Made by a program: the position numbers and the translations under genes. A DNA stretch of 64,000 nt from Thermoanaerobaculia bacterium (GTDB lineage Bacteria; Acidobacteriota; Thermoanaerobaculia; Gp7-AA8): assembly GCA_017883235.1 (NCBI GenBank), contig JADGNY010000004.1, forward strand, positions 14,161-78,160, read 5' to 3'. The notes beneath the pieces are model-generated. The model ran no database searches, was not told where the DNA came from, and worked only from the letters and a program-made list of their open reading frames with translations. This document shows positions 1 through 13,376 of the stretch, one piece after another (position 1 is the stretch's first letter; each line of letters opens with the position of its first letter).

Positions 1-1583
1 AATTCGTATCCGAGGCGCAGCTCCTTCGGCATGTTCTGTTCAGCGATGTCGCGCCAGTCGGGACGATTGGCCGTCAGCGGATTGTCATTCGAAGCCTGCC
101 GTTTTGCGCCGCGCTTAACCGCCTCGGTGGCGTAGATGTCGTCGTACCGGGCGGAAGCCAGCTCGTGATACATCGCCGCCGCTTCGGCCTTTCTGCCGAG
201 CCTCTCGCCGCAGCGTGCGTACCAGTACATCGCCTGACGTTTTGTGTTCGGACTGCGGTATGAGTTGCGGACGAAGGCGAGCAGATCACGCGCGCCGTTC
301 AGGTCGCCGCGCGCGTACGCCGCCCAGGCCTTGTCCCAGAAGTGCTGGAGACCCGCTTCCTGCGACGGATCGAGCTTCGCCAGTTGGACGATGAGCTGTT
401 GTTCGTACCCATCCTGATTCCTGGCCTCAGCGAGACCGACTAGCGTGTTGAGTACACCGATCCGCACCTCATCGGCGAGCGGAAGGGGCAGGAGGTCCTT
501 CAACCGTTCCGCGGAGAGATGATCGTATTCGTCCTTCTTCGCTTTCTTCGCCAGGTCGATCAGCTGGACGTTCTTTTTGACGTTCGTGAATTTCTTCTTC
601 GCACCCTTTGCCTTGACCTGTTGTTTCACGACGATCGTTTTCGTGACCATCGGATTGATCGACGACGAAAGCGCGCGGTAGTTCTGCGATGCCGTGAAGA
701 TCGCCGGGATGGCGATGCGGTACGCACCGGAGGCGAGCGGCTCCAGGACCTTGTTCGATTCCTCGAAGCGATGAAGTTGATTCAGCGCCAGTCCGCGATT
801 GAGATCCAGGGGTAAGCGCAGGTCAACCGGAACGCCGCTCGCATCGAGCGCGGTCAGTTCATCGAGCGCGTTCTGCGGATCGCCGTCTCGAAGAAAGGAG
901 ACAGCACGCGTGAGCCGCTCGGCGTCGGATAGTTTGACCGGCGCATCCTTCGCCACGCCGGTGATGGCGCGAACGAGTGCGATGGCGTGCGGTGCCTGGG
1001 CGGCACGCGGATTCCTGATGGCGATGTTGCGCGCATCGTTGAGAACGGACGCGATGTCGCCACGAGCGAAGGAGGAGTCGATGGCGCTCCAGCGCGCGCT
1101 TGCCGCGATCGCGGAGTTGTCCGCCTGTACCGCGACGTCATCGAAGACCTGCGCGGCGTGGCGCCAATCGGCGATCGAGGCATAGAGTCCGCCGAGGTTC
1201 AGGCCGGTGTCGGTTTGGACGACGAACGCGGGATGACGCCGCCAGAGCTGCGCCAGCGTCGCACGTGCGCGTCCGCGCTGGCCGGCGAGCTGGCACGCGT
1301 TGGCGAGGTAGTAGAGACGGTACTGGTCAACCGCCCGCTTGCCGAAGGTGAAGGACGAGAACTGCGTTACCGCGCCGGCGCCGTCACCGCGGCGGAGAGC
1401 CTCGAGCCCCGCGTCGAAGGCAGGCCGCAACTTCTGCAGATCGGGCGGCGCTTCCGGCATGGCCGGTACGACGAACTCCCGGTTTAGCCAGCGATGCGAC
1501 CGCGTCAAAAGCACGGTTACGGCTGCCATCACCGGAACCAATACGGCCGCAACCACGACAACCCAACGACGACGAGCCCTCAT
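1..1583 (-). CDS. Soluble lytic murein transglycosylase (Slt family), N-terminal signal/TM plus superhelical repeat domain. The 3' end with the catalytic domain lies beyond the window start.
   Basis: Minus-strand frame open from the ATG at 1583 to position 1, with no stop inside the window, so it is absent from the ORF track. The N-terminal hydrophobic segment is followed by superhelical repeats. The segment AMYWYARCGERLGRKAEAAAMYHELAS..YDDIYATEA closely mirrors the E. coli Slt70 stretch WRYWQADLLLERGREAEAKEILHQLMQQRGFYPMVAA that precedes the lysozyme-like domain. Confidence 0.6.
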   Translation of the reverse strand, partial: MRARRRWVVVVAAVLVPVMAAVTVLLTRSHRWLNREFVVPAMPEAPPDLQKLRPAFDAGLEALRRGDGAGAVTQFSSFTFGKRAVDQYRLYYLANACQLAGQRGRARATLAQLWRRHPAFVVQTDTGLNLGGLYASIADWRHAAQVFDDVAVQADNSAIAASARWSAIDSSFARGDIASVLNDARNIAIRNPRAAQAPHAIALVRAITGVAKDAPVKLSDAERLTRAVSFLRDGDPQNALDELTALDASGVPVDLRLPLDLNRGLALNQLHRFEESNKVLEPLASGAYRIAIPAIFTASQNYRALSSSINPMVTKTIVVKQQVKAKGAKKKFTNVKKNVQLIDLAKKAKKDEYDHLSAERLKDLLPLPLADEVRIGVLNTLVGLAEARNQDGYEQQLIVQLAKLDPSQEAGLQHFWDKAWAAYARGDLNGARDLLAFVRNSYRSPNTKRQAMYWYARCGERLGRKAEAAAMYHELASARYDDIYATEAVKRGAKRQASNDNPLTANRPDWRDIAEQNMPKELRLGYE

Positions 1584-1762
1584 CCGGCTGCGTCCGGTGC
1601 GAAAAGTGGGCCGTGATGCTGCGCTGCGCGCGTTATCTGCGCCTGCGGCGCGTTGTCTGCCGGCCGACGCCGGCGTTGTCGGTTGGTTTGGGATGCCGTT
1701 CGCAGTGAACAGTTGGGAGGGACTCTAACTACAACCCCATGCGGAGTTAGAATGAGTTCTGA

Positions 1763-1987
1763 ATGTCGCACGAAGGAACAATTACGATCGAACCTGGAAA
1801 GCGCGGCGGGCAGCCGTGCATCCGAGGGATGCGTATCACGGTTTACGACGTGCTGTCGTACTTGGCCGCAGGAATGACGGAAGAGGAGATCCTGAAGGAC
1901 TTTCCGTATCTGACGCGCGACGACATCCTGGCCTGTCTCAGCTATGCAGCCGAGCGCGAGCACAGAATGTTGGTCACGAGCGAATGA
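1763..1987 (+). CDS. DUF433 family protein (antitoxin-like partner of the DUF5615/PIN-like protein).
   Basis: 74 aa. The GGQPCIRGMRITVYDVLSYLAAGMTEEEILKDFPYLTRDDILACLSYAA motif is typical of DUF433. Its stop overlaps the next start as ATGA. Confidence 0.75.
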   Translation: MSHEGTITIEPGKRGGQPCIRGMRITVYDVLSYLAAGMTEEEILKDFPYLTRDDILACLSYAAEREHRMLVTSE

Positions 1988-2334
1988 AACTCCTGTTCGA
2001 CCAGAATGTCTCACCGTCGCTGGTCGGTCATCTGAGCGATGTCTTTCCCGGCTCGGCGCACGTATTCGGGCTCAATCTAAGCAAAGCGTCCGACGTTACG
2101 ATCTGGTTGTACGCGCGAGATAACGATTTTCTTCTCGTTTCGAAGGACGCTGATTTTGTCGAGTTGACCATGCTTCGAGGCTTTCCGCCGAAGGTGCTCT
2201 GGCTGCGAATCGGAAACTGCGTCACGCACGATATCGAGCTGCTGATTCGCGCAAACTATGCCGCAATCGAGGACCTGTCCAACGATCCAGAGCGCGGCGT
2301 ACTCGCGTTGTTCAGAAAGGGACCGAGTAACTGA
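1984..2334 (+). CDS. DUF5615 (PIN-like fold) protein, putative toxin partner of the DUF433 gene.
   Basis: MKLLFDQNVSP...DNDFLLVSKDADF matches DUF5615. ATG at 1984 is in frame with the longer track ORF 1816..2334 and gives the classic 4-bp coupling with the upstream gene. Confidence 0.7.
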   Translation: MKLLFDQNVSPSLVGHLSDVFPGSAHVFGLNLSKASDVTIWLYARDNDFLLVSKDADFVELTMLRGFPPKVLWLRIGNCVTHDIELLIRANYAAIEDLSNDPERGVLALFRKGPSN

Positions 2335-2421
2335 AGCCCAATCAGCGCCCGGCTTAGGTTTATGGCTCCACGATTCTTTTCAACGCGCGAAGCGCAGACA
2401 ACGCGCGCGCAGCGCGCAGTT

Positions 2422-3852
2422 CTACAGCCCCAACGCGCCGGCGTCGCCGTCAGCAAGGATCCTTACCAGCTCGTCGTAGAAGTAATTCGACGACTTCCTT
2501 ACATCCTCGGCGATCCGCTCGTCGTACATCTGGCGGCTGCGATCGATGTCTTCCTTGAGGCGCTCGTAAAGATCCTTGTTCTTGCGCCCGGCGTCGACCT
2601 TCGGCTCGTTGTACAGTTTGATCTCGGACACCAGCAGGCGGGCGAAACGGCGGGCTTCGTCGTGTCTTTTCGCATCGTCGCCTACAGGCCCGGGTCCGGT
2701 GGTACCGCCGCGTGTGATGTTCGGTGGCGGGATGTACTGCGTGCTGGGCCGCTCGTCCCGTTCGCGAACCGCAGGTGGAGGTGGTGGCGGCGGAACAGGT
2801 CGCGGAGGCTCCAATGCGGGAATCGCCGTCGTCATGAACGATGCGGTAGCCTGCCTTCCGGATGACGGCGCCCCGAAATCGGTATCCGGCATTGAGAAAG
2901 CCGGTTTGGCGGCGGCCGGCGTAATCATCTCGCGCAACTGGCCCGCTGATACCGCGACCGTTTCGTCCTGCGATTTGTCGACGACCGGAGCCGGTGGGAC
3001 GGGCCGTTGAGACGGAGGTGCCTGCGTGGCAGGACGCGGCGGCGGAGCGGGCGCCGGTGGTGCCGCCATAGTCAGCTCCGGATCGTTGAGACTCGGCGAC
3101 GGCGTCTTTTTCCGAATCGACAGCGTGTCGATGAGCAGCCCGGTCGTGAAGACGAGCAGCTCGATCGAGGCGGGGTCGAGCTTCGACGCATCGAGCTCTG
3201 TAGCATCGACGTAGACCGCCGCGGCGACCTTGTCCTTGATCACCATCGGCACGAGGATCGCCCGGGCCGACGCGGAGACGCCAAGCCGCGTGGAGAGGTT
3301 TGCGCCATCCCAGATCACGACTTGTTCTTTGCGGAGGACGCGATCGAGCTCAGGAATCAGCCCGGGAGCAGCGTTGAAGCGCTTTACCATCTCATCGTTT
3401 CCGCCGGCAGCGGTGAAACCGACGCCCTTCCAGCCGCTGAATGTCTCGCCGCGCAGGATCAGCATGGCCGCACGCGAACCGAAGTCCAGGCACTGCTCCA
3501 GGAGGGCGTTGAGGATGTCCACCTGCGACTTGCCATGCTCGACGGTCTGCACCGCTTTCTTCACGCGCGAGGCACCGGAGCCCTCCGGAGCGCTGACCGC
3601 TGGGGGCGGCAGCGCGGCGGTGATACTCTCCTCCAGCTCACCGATCGACTTCTGAATGTGGGGCAAGAAGGAGACGGCGTTGACGTCGGCCTGAACGCTC
3701 TGGAGCGCCGCCTTGAGCTGCGAGTCGACGACCTCGCGGACGTCTTCGATGGAGGAGCGAATCTCGCCCACCAACTTCTCCATCGCATCGCGGACGTGCG
3801 CTTCAATCGAGCCCGCGACTTCGTCGCCCCTCACGGCCATAAGTCCTCCCAA
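2422..3852 (-). CDS. GAF-domain protein with N-terminal coiled coil, long proline-rich linker and a conserved basic/helical C-terminal module.
   Basis: 476-aa ORF. The central region (VDILNALLEQCLDFGSRAAMLILRGETFSGWKGVGF...VVIWDG...LVPMVIKDKVAAAVYVD) is GAF-like. It is followed by poly-Pro tracts (PPPPPPP) and a C-terminal helical segment (RFARLLVSEIKLYNE...YERLKEDIDRSRQMYDERI). Confidence 0.55.
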   Translation of the reverse strand: MGGLMAVRGDEVAGSIEAHVRDAMEKLVGEIRSSIEDVREVVDSQLKAALQSVQADVNAVSFLPHIQKSIGELEESITAALPPPAVSAPEGSGASRVKKAVQTVEHGKSQVDILNALLEQCLDFGSRAAMLILRGETFSGWKGVGFTAAGGNDEMVKRFNAAPGLIPELDRVLRKEQVVIWDGANLSTRLGVSASARAILVPMVIKDKVAAAVYVDATELDASKLDPASIELLVFTTGLLIDTLSIRKKTPSPSLNDPELTMAAPPAPAPPPRPATQAPPSQRPVPPAPVVDKSQDETVAVSAGQLREMITPAAAKPAFSMPDTDFGAPSSGRQATASFMTTAIPALEPPRPVPPPPPPPAVRERDERPSTQYIPPPNITRGGTTGPGPVGDDAKRHDEARRFARLLVSEIKLYNEPKVDAGRKNKDLYERLKEDIDRSRQMYDERIAEDVRKSSNYFYDELVRILADGDAGALGL

Positions 3853-3924
3853 TCCTGTAGGTTGTAAAAACCCGCAGATGGCGGCGGATTATAGCGCAGA
3901 GAACGTGTGCTACTTTGACAGCTG

Positions 3925-4530
3925 ATGCGCCGCTTCCTCATCCTGATCGTGCTCGCCGCGGTGTCGTGCAGCGGCGGCAGCCGCGATGCCGCTGACAACC
4001 AGTCGGAATGGCTTCATGTCCTTCGCCACAAACAGGCGGCGTCGGCGCCGAACGCCCCCCCTCAGGCGAAACAGGTCTACGCCGATACGCTCGGAGCATT
4101 CGTTCTGCGCCATCCGACGCACAGCCGGGCCCGCGAGGTCTACCAGCACATCCAGATCGACTTCGCCCGCGAGCTTGCCTCTCTCGGCCGTTATCAGGAT
4201 GCCGTTCGAATCTATCGCGCCGTGCTCGTGCACGATCCGGGAAATGTTGCAGCGCTCCGGGGATTGAGCAACGCCGTCGATCACCTGGCCGTATCGCACG
4301 AGAAGCTGATGGCTCTGGAGAAGGGGATGTCCCAACGCGACGTCGCCAACCTCCTCGGCAAGCCGATCCCGGGCTGGCAGGTTCGCAACGAACGTCCGGA
4401 CACGACGATCGAGTCGTGGTACTACCGCCGGACCGACGGCGGCGTGGCCGGCGTCTATTTCCGCGACGGCGTGCTCTTCGCGGCCGAAGAGAACTCGCAA
4501 GCGAAGTTGGCGCCGTTGATGAAGCAGTAG
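3925..4530 (+). CDS. Lipoprotein, hypothetical (TPR-like helices plus a BamE/SmpA_OmlA-like C-terminal fold).
   Basis: Signal peptide with lipobox LAAVSC. C-terminus DVANLLGKPIPGWQ...WYYRRTDGGVAGVYFRDGVLF resembles SmpA/OmlA. Confidence 0.6.
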   Translation: MRRFLILIVLAAVSCSGGSRDAADNQSEWLHVLRHKQAASAPNAPPQAKQVYADTLGAFVLRHPTHSRAREVYQHIQIDFARELASLGRYQDAVRIYRAVLVHDPGNVAALRGLSNAVDHLAVSHEKLMALEKGMSQRDVANLLGKPIPGWQVRNERPDTTIESWYYRRTDGGVAGVYFRDGVLFAAEENSQAKLAPLMKQ

Positions 4531-4667
4531 ATTAGATGAAACAGTAGATTAGCAGATCAGTAGATTCGTGCCGGATGTCAGCAACACCGAGACCGTTCTA
4601 ATCCACGAATCGACGAATCCACCGCCTTTCGGAATCGCGCTGTCAGCCTCTTCGTTCAAGCTCCCGC

Positions 4668-5027
4668 ATGCCTATCTACGAATACCAGTGCACGAAGTGC
4701 AATGACCGGACGGAGGTCATTCAGAAATTTACCGATCCTCCATACGCGGCGTGCCCGAAGTGTGGCGGCGAGGTGAGAAAGTTGGCCTCCGCCCCCGCCA
4801 TCCAGTTCAAGGGGTCGGGGTTCTACAAGACCGATTACGCCAGCGCGTCGTCAAAGGCCGACGCGAAATCGGAGGGCAAAAGCGAGTCCTCGGGAGACAG
4901 CAAGCCGTCCGAAACGAAGAGCGAGACGAAGACGGAATCGAAGGCTGAAACCAAGAGCGAAACAAAAGCCGAAACGAAATCCGAAGCAAAGTCATCACCG
5001 AAAACGGAGTCGAAGAGCTCCGACTAG
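4668..5027 (+). CDS. FmdB family zinc-ribbon protein with a low-complexity Ser/Glu/Thr/Lys-rich tail.
   Basis: MPIYEYQCTKC...ACPKCGG is the CxxC..CxxC FmdB signature. The tail is SETK/AETK repeats. Confidence 0.8.
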   Translation: MPIYEYQCTKCNDRTEVIQKFTDPPYAACPKCGGEVRKLASAPAIQFKGSGFYKTDYASASSKADAKSEGKSESSGDSKPSETKSETKTESKAETKSETKAETKSEAKSSPKTESKSSD

Positions 5028-5105
5028 GAGTGTGCGCGGCAGAACGATGGAGCGAAGACGGTGGCCGAGCCTTGGGCAACCAGCGCAGCCGGCCGTGCCG
5101 GCCTA
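5027..5105. repeat. REP-like intergenic repeat, copy 1 (full length, about 78 bp).
   Basis: GGAGTGTGCGCGGCAGAACGATGGAGCGAAGACGGTGGCCGAGCCTTGGGCAACCAGCGCAGCCGGCCGTGCCGGCCT. Its core recurs at about 6138, 50812 (reverse complement), 56979, 57761 and 61819. It contains the palindrome GCCGGC-CGT-GCCGGC. Confidence 0.8.
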
Positions 5106-5121
5106 GGCAACGTCAGACGAT

Positions 5122-5760
5122 ATGGGAAAAGCCCGGGAACTGAAGAAGCGAGCTGACTCGATGCTCGAGGAGGTTTTCCGGTCTCTGTTCGAAGAGATCG
5201 ACACGGAGAAGATCCGCCGCGATGTGGCCGCGCTCAAAGGGAGCGAGCCCGACTTCCATTCCCGTGACCATGCCCGTCTGCTCGTGCGCCGCACCGCTCT
5301 CCGTTGCGCAGCCGCCGGAGCACTCTCCGGACTCCCCGGCGGAATGATTGCCATCGGGGCGTTGGGAGCGGAGCTGGCCTTTCTCGTTTTTCAGCAGTTC
5401 CGTCTGATCCTCGGCATCGCCACGGTATACGGACACGAGCCTTCGCAGCGGGTGCGTTTCGCGGAAGCGATGTCGTGTCTTGCCTACGCCTCGGGAGTCG
5501 GCATCGGGAAGCAGGGCCTCGCCACGATGCTCGAATCGGCGACGATCGAGGGCGGTGTCATCGCCGAGAAACTCGGCGCGAACTTTTTCCGCGAGCGGCT
5601 GGCCAAGGCCATTCCGTTTGTCGGAATCGTGTCCGGCGGCGCGCTCAACTATGTTTCCGTCCGGGCGGTCGGCCGCGCCGCGATCAAGTTTTACGAGTCA
5701 CAGATCGACACCGTCATCGCCGATGAGATCTGGGCCGAAGGTGATCGGGAGCACGCATGA
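5122..5760 (+). CDS. EcsC-like family protein (hypothetical).
   Basis: 212 aa. The central hydrophobic/glycine-rich region (RCAAAGALSGLPGGMIAIGALGAELAFLVFQQFRLILGIATVYGHEP) resembles EcsC-family proteins. Confidence 0.5.
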   Translation: MGKARELKKRADSMLEEVFRSLFEEIDTEKIRRDVAALKGSEPDFHSRDHARLLVRRTALRCAAAGALSGLPGGMIAIGALGAELAFLVFQQFRLILGIATVYGHEPSQRVRFAEAMSCLAYASGVGIGKQGLATMLESATIEGGVIAEKLGANFFRERLAKAIPFVGIVSGGALNYVSVRAVGRAAIKFYESQIDTVIADEIWAEGDREHA

Positions 5761-5835
5761 CTTAGCCGGCTTCGGCCGGGTCCGCGACACTGGAATGTGT
5801 TGCGGAACATCACCGTTTGAGCGCGGTAACTGAGC

Positions 5836-6138
5836 ATGAGCAAGTACGCCATGGATTCGACGATGGAAGTCCGCTCGCCGTTTTTCGAGCGGCGGCGCCT
5901 CCGCCGTATCCGGATGATCGTCGAGCTCACGCTCAATCTCGTCGGAAGTGACATGACCGTGTCGCACCGTGAAGCACGATGCCTCGTCCGCTGTGCGCGC
6001 AAAGCGATCCTCGAGCTTCATCCCGAGTTCGAGCAGCGCTACGAGCGTATCGTCCGGCCGTACTTTGAGCGCGTTCTGGCCAGCCGCTGGCCGCATGAAC
6101 AAGCGCTCGACGACGATTGCTGCGACGTCGTGAACTAG
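5836..6138 (+). CDS. Hypothetical protein.
   Basis: 100-aa ORF between two same-orientation copies of the REP-like repeat; no recognisable domain. Confidence 0.4.
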   Translation: MSKYAMDSTMEVRSPFFERRRLRRIRMIVELTLNLVGSDMTVSHREARCLVRCARKAILELHPEFEQRYERIVRPYFERVLASRWPHEQALDDDCCDVVN

Positions 6139-6215
6139 GAGTCTGCGCGGCAGAACGATCGAGCGGAGATGGTGGCCGAGCCTTGGGCAACCAGCGCCGC
6201 CGGCCGTGCCGGCCT
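6138..6215. repeat. REP-like intergenic repeat, copy 2 (full length).
   Basis: Near-identical to copy 1. It sits between convergent genes, and both flanking stop codons lie in the CTAG ends of the repeat. Confidence 0.8.
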
Positions 6216-7761
6216 AGTTCCCAGCCGCTCCCTTTTCCAACTCCCGCACAACGCTGATGTCGCCGAACTGTGCCCTGGCGCGGGCGATCTCCGTGCGCGC
6301 CGCGTCGCGGATCTGAACGCTCGTGTATCCGACCGACGGATCGTCAGGAACGAGAAAGCGGAACTCGATCGGAGCGAGTTGAGCGGGCGGAAACGCGTCC
6401 CGCCGTGCGAAAACCATCGCCGCCTCGTCAAAAGCGATAAGCGCCCACTGCTTCCGGCGGTAGCGAACGAGAGAGGCCGGCAAGGCCCGCCGTTGCCCAC
6501 TGGCTACGTCGATGACTTCGATTCTCTTTTGATATTCGTCGACCGCCAGCGCGGCACCGTACTTCGCGATGAGCGCGTGCCAAGCGCGGCTGTCGCGGTG
6601 AGCTGCACCATCCTCCGCGATGTATTCGGAAAAAAGCTCGTTGCGGCCGTCGGTCAGCGCTCGCCGCGCGGGATAGAACGTCCATTCCAGCAATCCGCCG
6701 AACTGATCAGCGTTGTAGATGTTCCCGTCGAGTCGATAGGACCGCAGCGCCGCAACTGCGCGCGTCGGAAACCGCTCGTCGTCGATGCCGACGCGGTGGA
6801 TGTCGTGCTGGAAGACCCAGACCAGCGGCAACAATGCGCATGCGGCGAGCGCGATTGACCCGCGCCTGGGCATTTTGCCGAGCGGCGGCAGGAGCAGCGG
6901 CAGCGCCGCGAAATAGAGGCCCTGGTTGCGCACATAGCGGTAGGCGATCGCCGACAGGATCGCGAACACCGCGAAGCGCCAGGCGTTGGTACGTTTGCCG
7001 GGTGCGATGAGAAACAGCAGCAACACGGCGCCCATCGTCACGTACAGCAGCGGGAAAATCGCGAACGGTGACGGCAGCCATTCGGCATTGATGAAACCGC
7101 CGCTTCGGAGGTCCGACGTCAGCCGCAGCGGCGCCACGATGGCGTTCCAGCCGAACGGATTGACGAGTAGCGCCCCGGCGCTGGCAACGGCCACAGTCCA
7201 ACGTCGCACGTCGATCAGCATCGTGATCAATGCCAGCACCGGCGCGAGAAGCGCCGACGGATGGACGTTGATCCAGACGATCGTCACACACACATAGGCA
7301 ATCGTCAGCGGTGTCAGCCGCAGGCGCGACCCGAGGAGGCCGAGAGCGATGACGATGAGAAGCGCTGCCGCCGCGGCAGGGCGGACACCGAGACGATCGG
7401 ACGCGCCGGCAAAGGCAATCGCGGCGATGAGCAGCGCAACGCCGGTCTCCTGTTCGCGCGACGCGAAAGCGAATCCAACCGTAAAGATCGCCGCCGCCAG
7501 GAGAGCGCTGGCGATCGAGATGCCGCCGTCCCCGCCGAGCCCATGCAGGGCGTAGAGCACGATCTCGTACAGCCACTCACCGTTGATCCACGGCACATGC
7601 GCGCTCGCGACCGCCAGTGGATCGAAAACCGGGAGGGCATGATGCTCGACGATCCAGCGGCCCGTGGCGAGATGCCAGAAGTAGTCGTAGCTGCGGATGG
7701 GTGCGACGGCAGCGATGGCGACAAGCACGAACAACCCCGCCGACGCAACGCGTTTCGTCAT
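6214..7761 (-). CDS. Polytopic integral membrane protein, putative GT-C-type glycosyltransferase/membrane-bound mannosyltransferase-like.
   Basis: 515 aa with more than 10 predicted TM helices. An N-terminal loop has the YDYFWHLATGRWIVEHH motif. The C-terminus is a soluble domain of about 170 aa. Confidence 0.6.
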   Translation of the reverse strand: MTKRVASAGLFVLVAIAAVAPIRSYDYFWHLATGRWIVEHHALPVFDPLAVASAHVPWINGEWLYEIVLYALHGLGGDGGISIASALLAAAIFTVGFAFASREQETGVALLIAAIAFAGASDRLGVRPAAAAALLIVIALGLLGSRLRLTPLTIAYVCVTIVWINVHPSALLAPVLALITMLIDVRRWTVAVASAGALLVNPFGWNAIVAPLRLTSDLRSGGFINAEWLPSPFAIFPLLYVTMGAVLLLFLIAPGKRTNAWRFAVFAILSAIAYRYVRNQGLYFAALPLLLPPLGKMPRRGSIALAACALLPLVWVFQHDIHRVGIDDERFPTRAVAALRSYRLDGNIYNADQFGGLLEWTFYPARRALTDGRNELFSEYIAEDGAAHRDSRAWHALIAKYGAALAVDEYQKRIEVIDVASGQRRALPASLVRYRRKQWALIAFDEAAMVFARRDAFPPAQLAPIEFRFLVPDDPSVGYTSVQIRDAARTEIARARAQFGDISVVRELEKGAAGN

Positions 7762-7817
7762 TGGACGCAGTCTATCCCGTTGGTAAGCACGGACAGGAGT
7801 GCCCGTGCTGCGTCACG

Positions 7818-8669
7818 TCAGGACGAGCTGGAAGGTGTCGCCGGCGGCGGTGGCACAGCGGTAGGTGCCGGTGGCGCTGGCGGCGCAAGCGGGGCAGGCG
7901 GCGTAGCCGTGTCGATCTTGATATCCCCGTTTACCGTCGTGATGCGCAACTCGTAGCGGCCGCCATTCACCTCGCCGGAAACGCGGCGGCTGCCCGGGTG
8001 CGAATGAATATTCAGTGGAAACGCTGCCTCGATGTCGCCGTTAACCTGCGAGAAATCGCCGGTGAACGAAGCAGTCAGCGGCAGCACCGCGGTAACGCCT
8101 CCGTTGACCGTCTTCAGCGTCGCGCCCTGGAACGACTTGGCGAAGCGGGCCTCGATGCGGCCGTTCACCGTGTGCGCTTCCACTTCGCTCGACCCGGGCG
8201 TATCGATGTTCACCCTGCCGTTCACGGTCACGGCCTTCATCTCGCCGTCGACGCCATGGGTGGCGATGCGGCCATTGACTGTACGGAGATCGAGCGCTAC
8301 GGACGCCGGCACGCGAAGGTCATAGTCGACGCGCGTCTCATTCCCGAAGCTGAAGAAACGGAAATGACGCTCGCTTTTCCGGCCGATCACCAGCGTGTCG
8401 CCCGAGAGCTCGGTGGTGAAGTAGCCAAGGTTCTCTTGATCATTCCTGGGAGCGCGGCGGCTGCGGACGGAAGCGTCCATCGAGATCTCGCTCTCCGAGC
8501 CGGCCTCGACGTTGATCGCGCCGTCGATCTCCCGCACCTCGATGTGATGAATCGCCCCGGCAGGCCAGTGCCTCTCGATGTGGGCCGTCCGGCGCTCCAT
8601 CACGGCACCGCAGCCCGCGACGAGAAGCATCGCGGAGAGTGAATAGAAGATGCGATTCCGGCTGTTCAT
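7818..8669 (-). CDS. DUF4097 (putative adhesin, beta-helix/propeller) lipoprotein with a proline-rich C-terminal tail.
   Basis: Lipobox LLVAGCG. Repeated TVNGRI/TVNGGV/TVNGDI motifs are characteristic of DUF4097. The tail is PPAPLAPPAPPAPTAVPPPPA. Confidence 0.7.
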   Translation of the reverse strand: MNSRNRIFYSLSAMLLVAGCGAVMERRTAHIERHWPAGAIHHIEVREIDGAINVEAGSESEISMDASVRSRRAPRNDQENLGYFTTELSGDTLVIGRKSERHFRFFSFGNETRVDYDLRVPASVALDLRTVNGRIATHGVDGEMKAVTVNGRVNIDTPGSSEVEAHTVNGRIEARFAKSFQGATLKTVNGGVTAVLPLTASFTGDFSQVNGDIEAAFPLNIHSHPGSRRVSGEVNGGRYELRITTVNGDIKIDTATPPAPLAPPAPPAPTAVPPPPATPSSSS

Positions 8670-8734
8670 AGGAGACCTTGCAGCAGGAAGGTACGAGAAC
8701 GGGAGAAAAGAGTTTCGGGTACCCAGTTTATCCT

Positions 8735-8832
8735 GAGGCTCTGAGCGCAGCGAGGACGCCGAAGGATCTGGCGCATGCCGCGCGGACAGGCCGCAGATCC
8801 TTCGTCGCTCTGCTCCTCAGGATAAGGTGAAC
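8735..8832 (+). promoter_or_regulatory. Structured 5' leader/hairpin upstream of the RDD-family gene.
   Basis: Inverted arms (ttatcctgagg...gaaggatctg and cagatccttc...cctcaggataa) end 3 bp before the ATG at 8835. Confidence 0.35.
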
Positions 8833-8834
8833 GC

Positions 8835-9228
8835 ATGACCACGGACGGATCTCAAACGACGTTATTGCGCATCGCCGCCTTCCTGGTCGACGCCCTCTCC
8901 ATCTCGCTGCTCCTGGTGCTTCCCGCCGCCCTCGTGAGCTATACCCTGGCCTGGATCGGCGGCGAGATCAAAGCGATCCAGATCGTCTGGTACGTAGCGC
9001 TCAGCATCGTCATGGTGGGGATGCTCCTCCGCGACGGCTGGCGCGGCCGTTCCCTCGGCAAGCAGATCCTGGGCCTGCGCCTGATCACCCCGAACGAGCG
9101 TCCCTGCGGCTACCTGCGGAGCGTGGCCCGCAATGCCGGGCTGCTCGTGCCAGGGGTGAACTTTATCGAAGTCATCCTCGTCGTCGCCGGCAAGCGCCGC
9201 ATCGGCGACAAAATAGCCAGGACGACGG

Positions 9229-9242
<14 letters not shown>
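8835..9242 (+). CDS. RDD family membrane protein.
   Basis: 135 aa with 3 TM segments and a conserved R..D..D arrangement (LLRDGWRGRSLGKQILGLRLI). Confidence 0.75.
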
Positions 9243-13024
<3,782 letters not shown>

Positions 13025-13028
<4 letters not shown>

Positions 13029-13342
13029 TGCCCGTATCCGGTGTAGATACCGACGCCGCTGTCGCCGTCATCGTCATCGCCGCGCTGCTGCCGCGCCATC
13101 TCCTCGCGGCGCGCACGGATATCGCGGAGGGCTTGGAAGACCTGCGCCTCCTCCACCTTGAACTCCTCGTCGCTGATGTCGCCGACTTCCAGCATCATCT
13201 GCAGCTCGATGAGCCGTTCTTTCCACGGCTGATCGTTCAACAACTCCTCGTTCGCCATCGTCTGGATCTGTTTCATGATCCAGTTGAACCCCGCGATCGG
13301 GAGTTTGATAGGGATCATGAGGATGTCGTCGAGAAGGAACAT
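13025..13342 (-). CDS. Gas vesicle protein G (GvpG)-like protein.
   Basis: 105 aa. N-terminal MFLLDDILMIPIKLP and central GDISDEEFKVEEAQVFQALRDIRARREE fit the GvpG family pattern. Confidence 0.65.
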
Positions 13343-13376
13343 GGTGGTGCGGGTTACTGGGTTACTGGGTTACTGA

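Noticed and set aside
3007-3867. The 286-aa plus-strand ORF, and similar long antisense ORFs inside the beta-propeller gene (16401..16934, 17094..18014, 17662..18363) and the sulfatase gene (35532..36431, 36501..37529).
   Set aside because: These are high-GC antisense frames with Arg/Ala/Gly-rich low-complexity translations, fully embedded in well-supported genes on the other strand.
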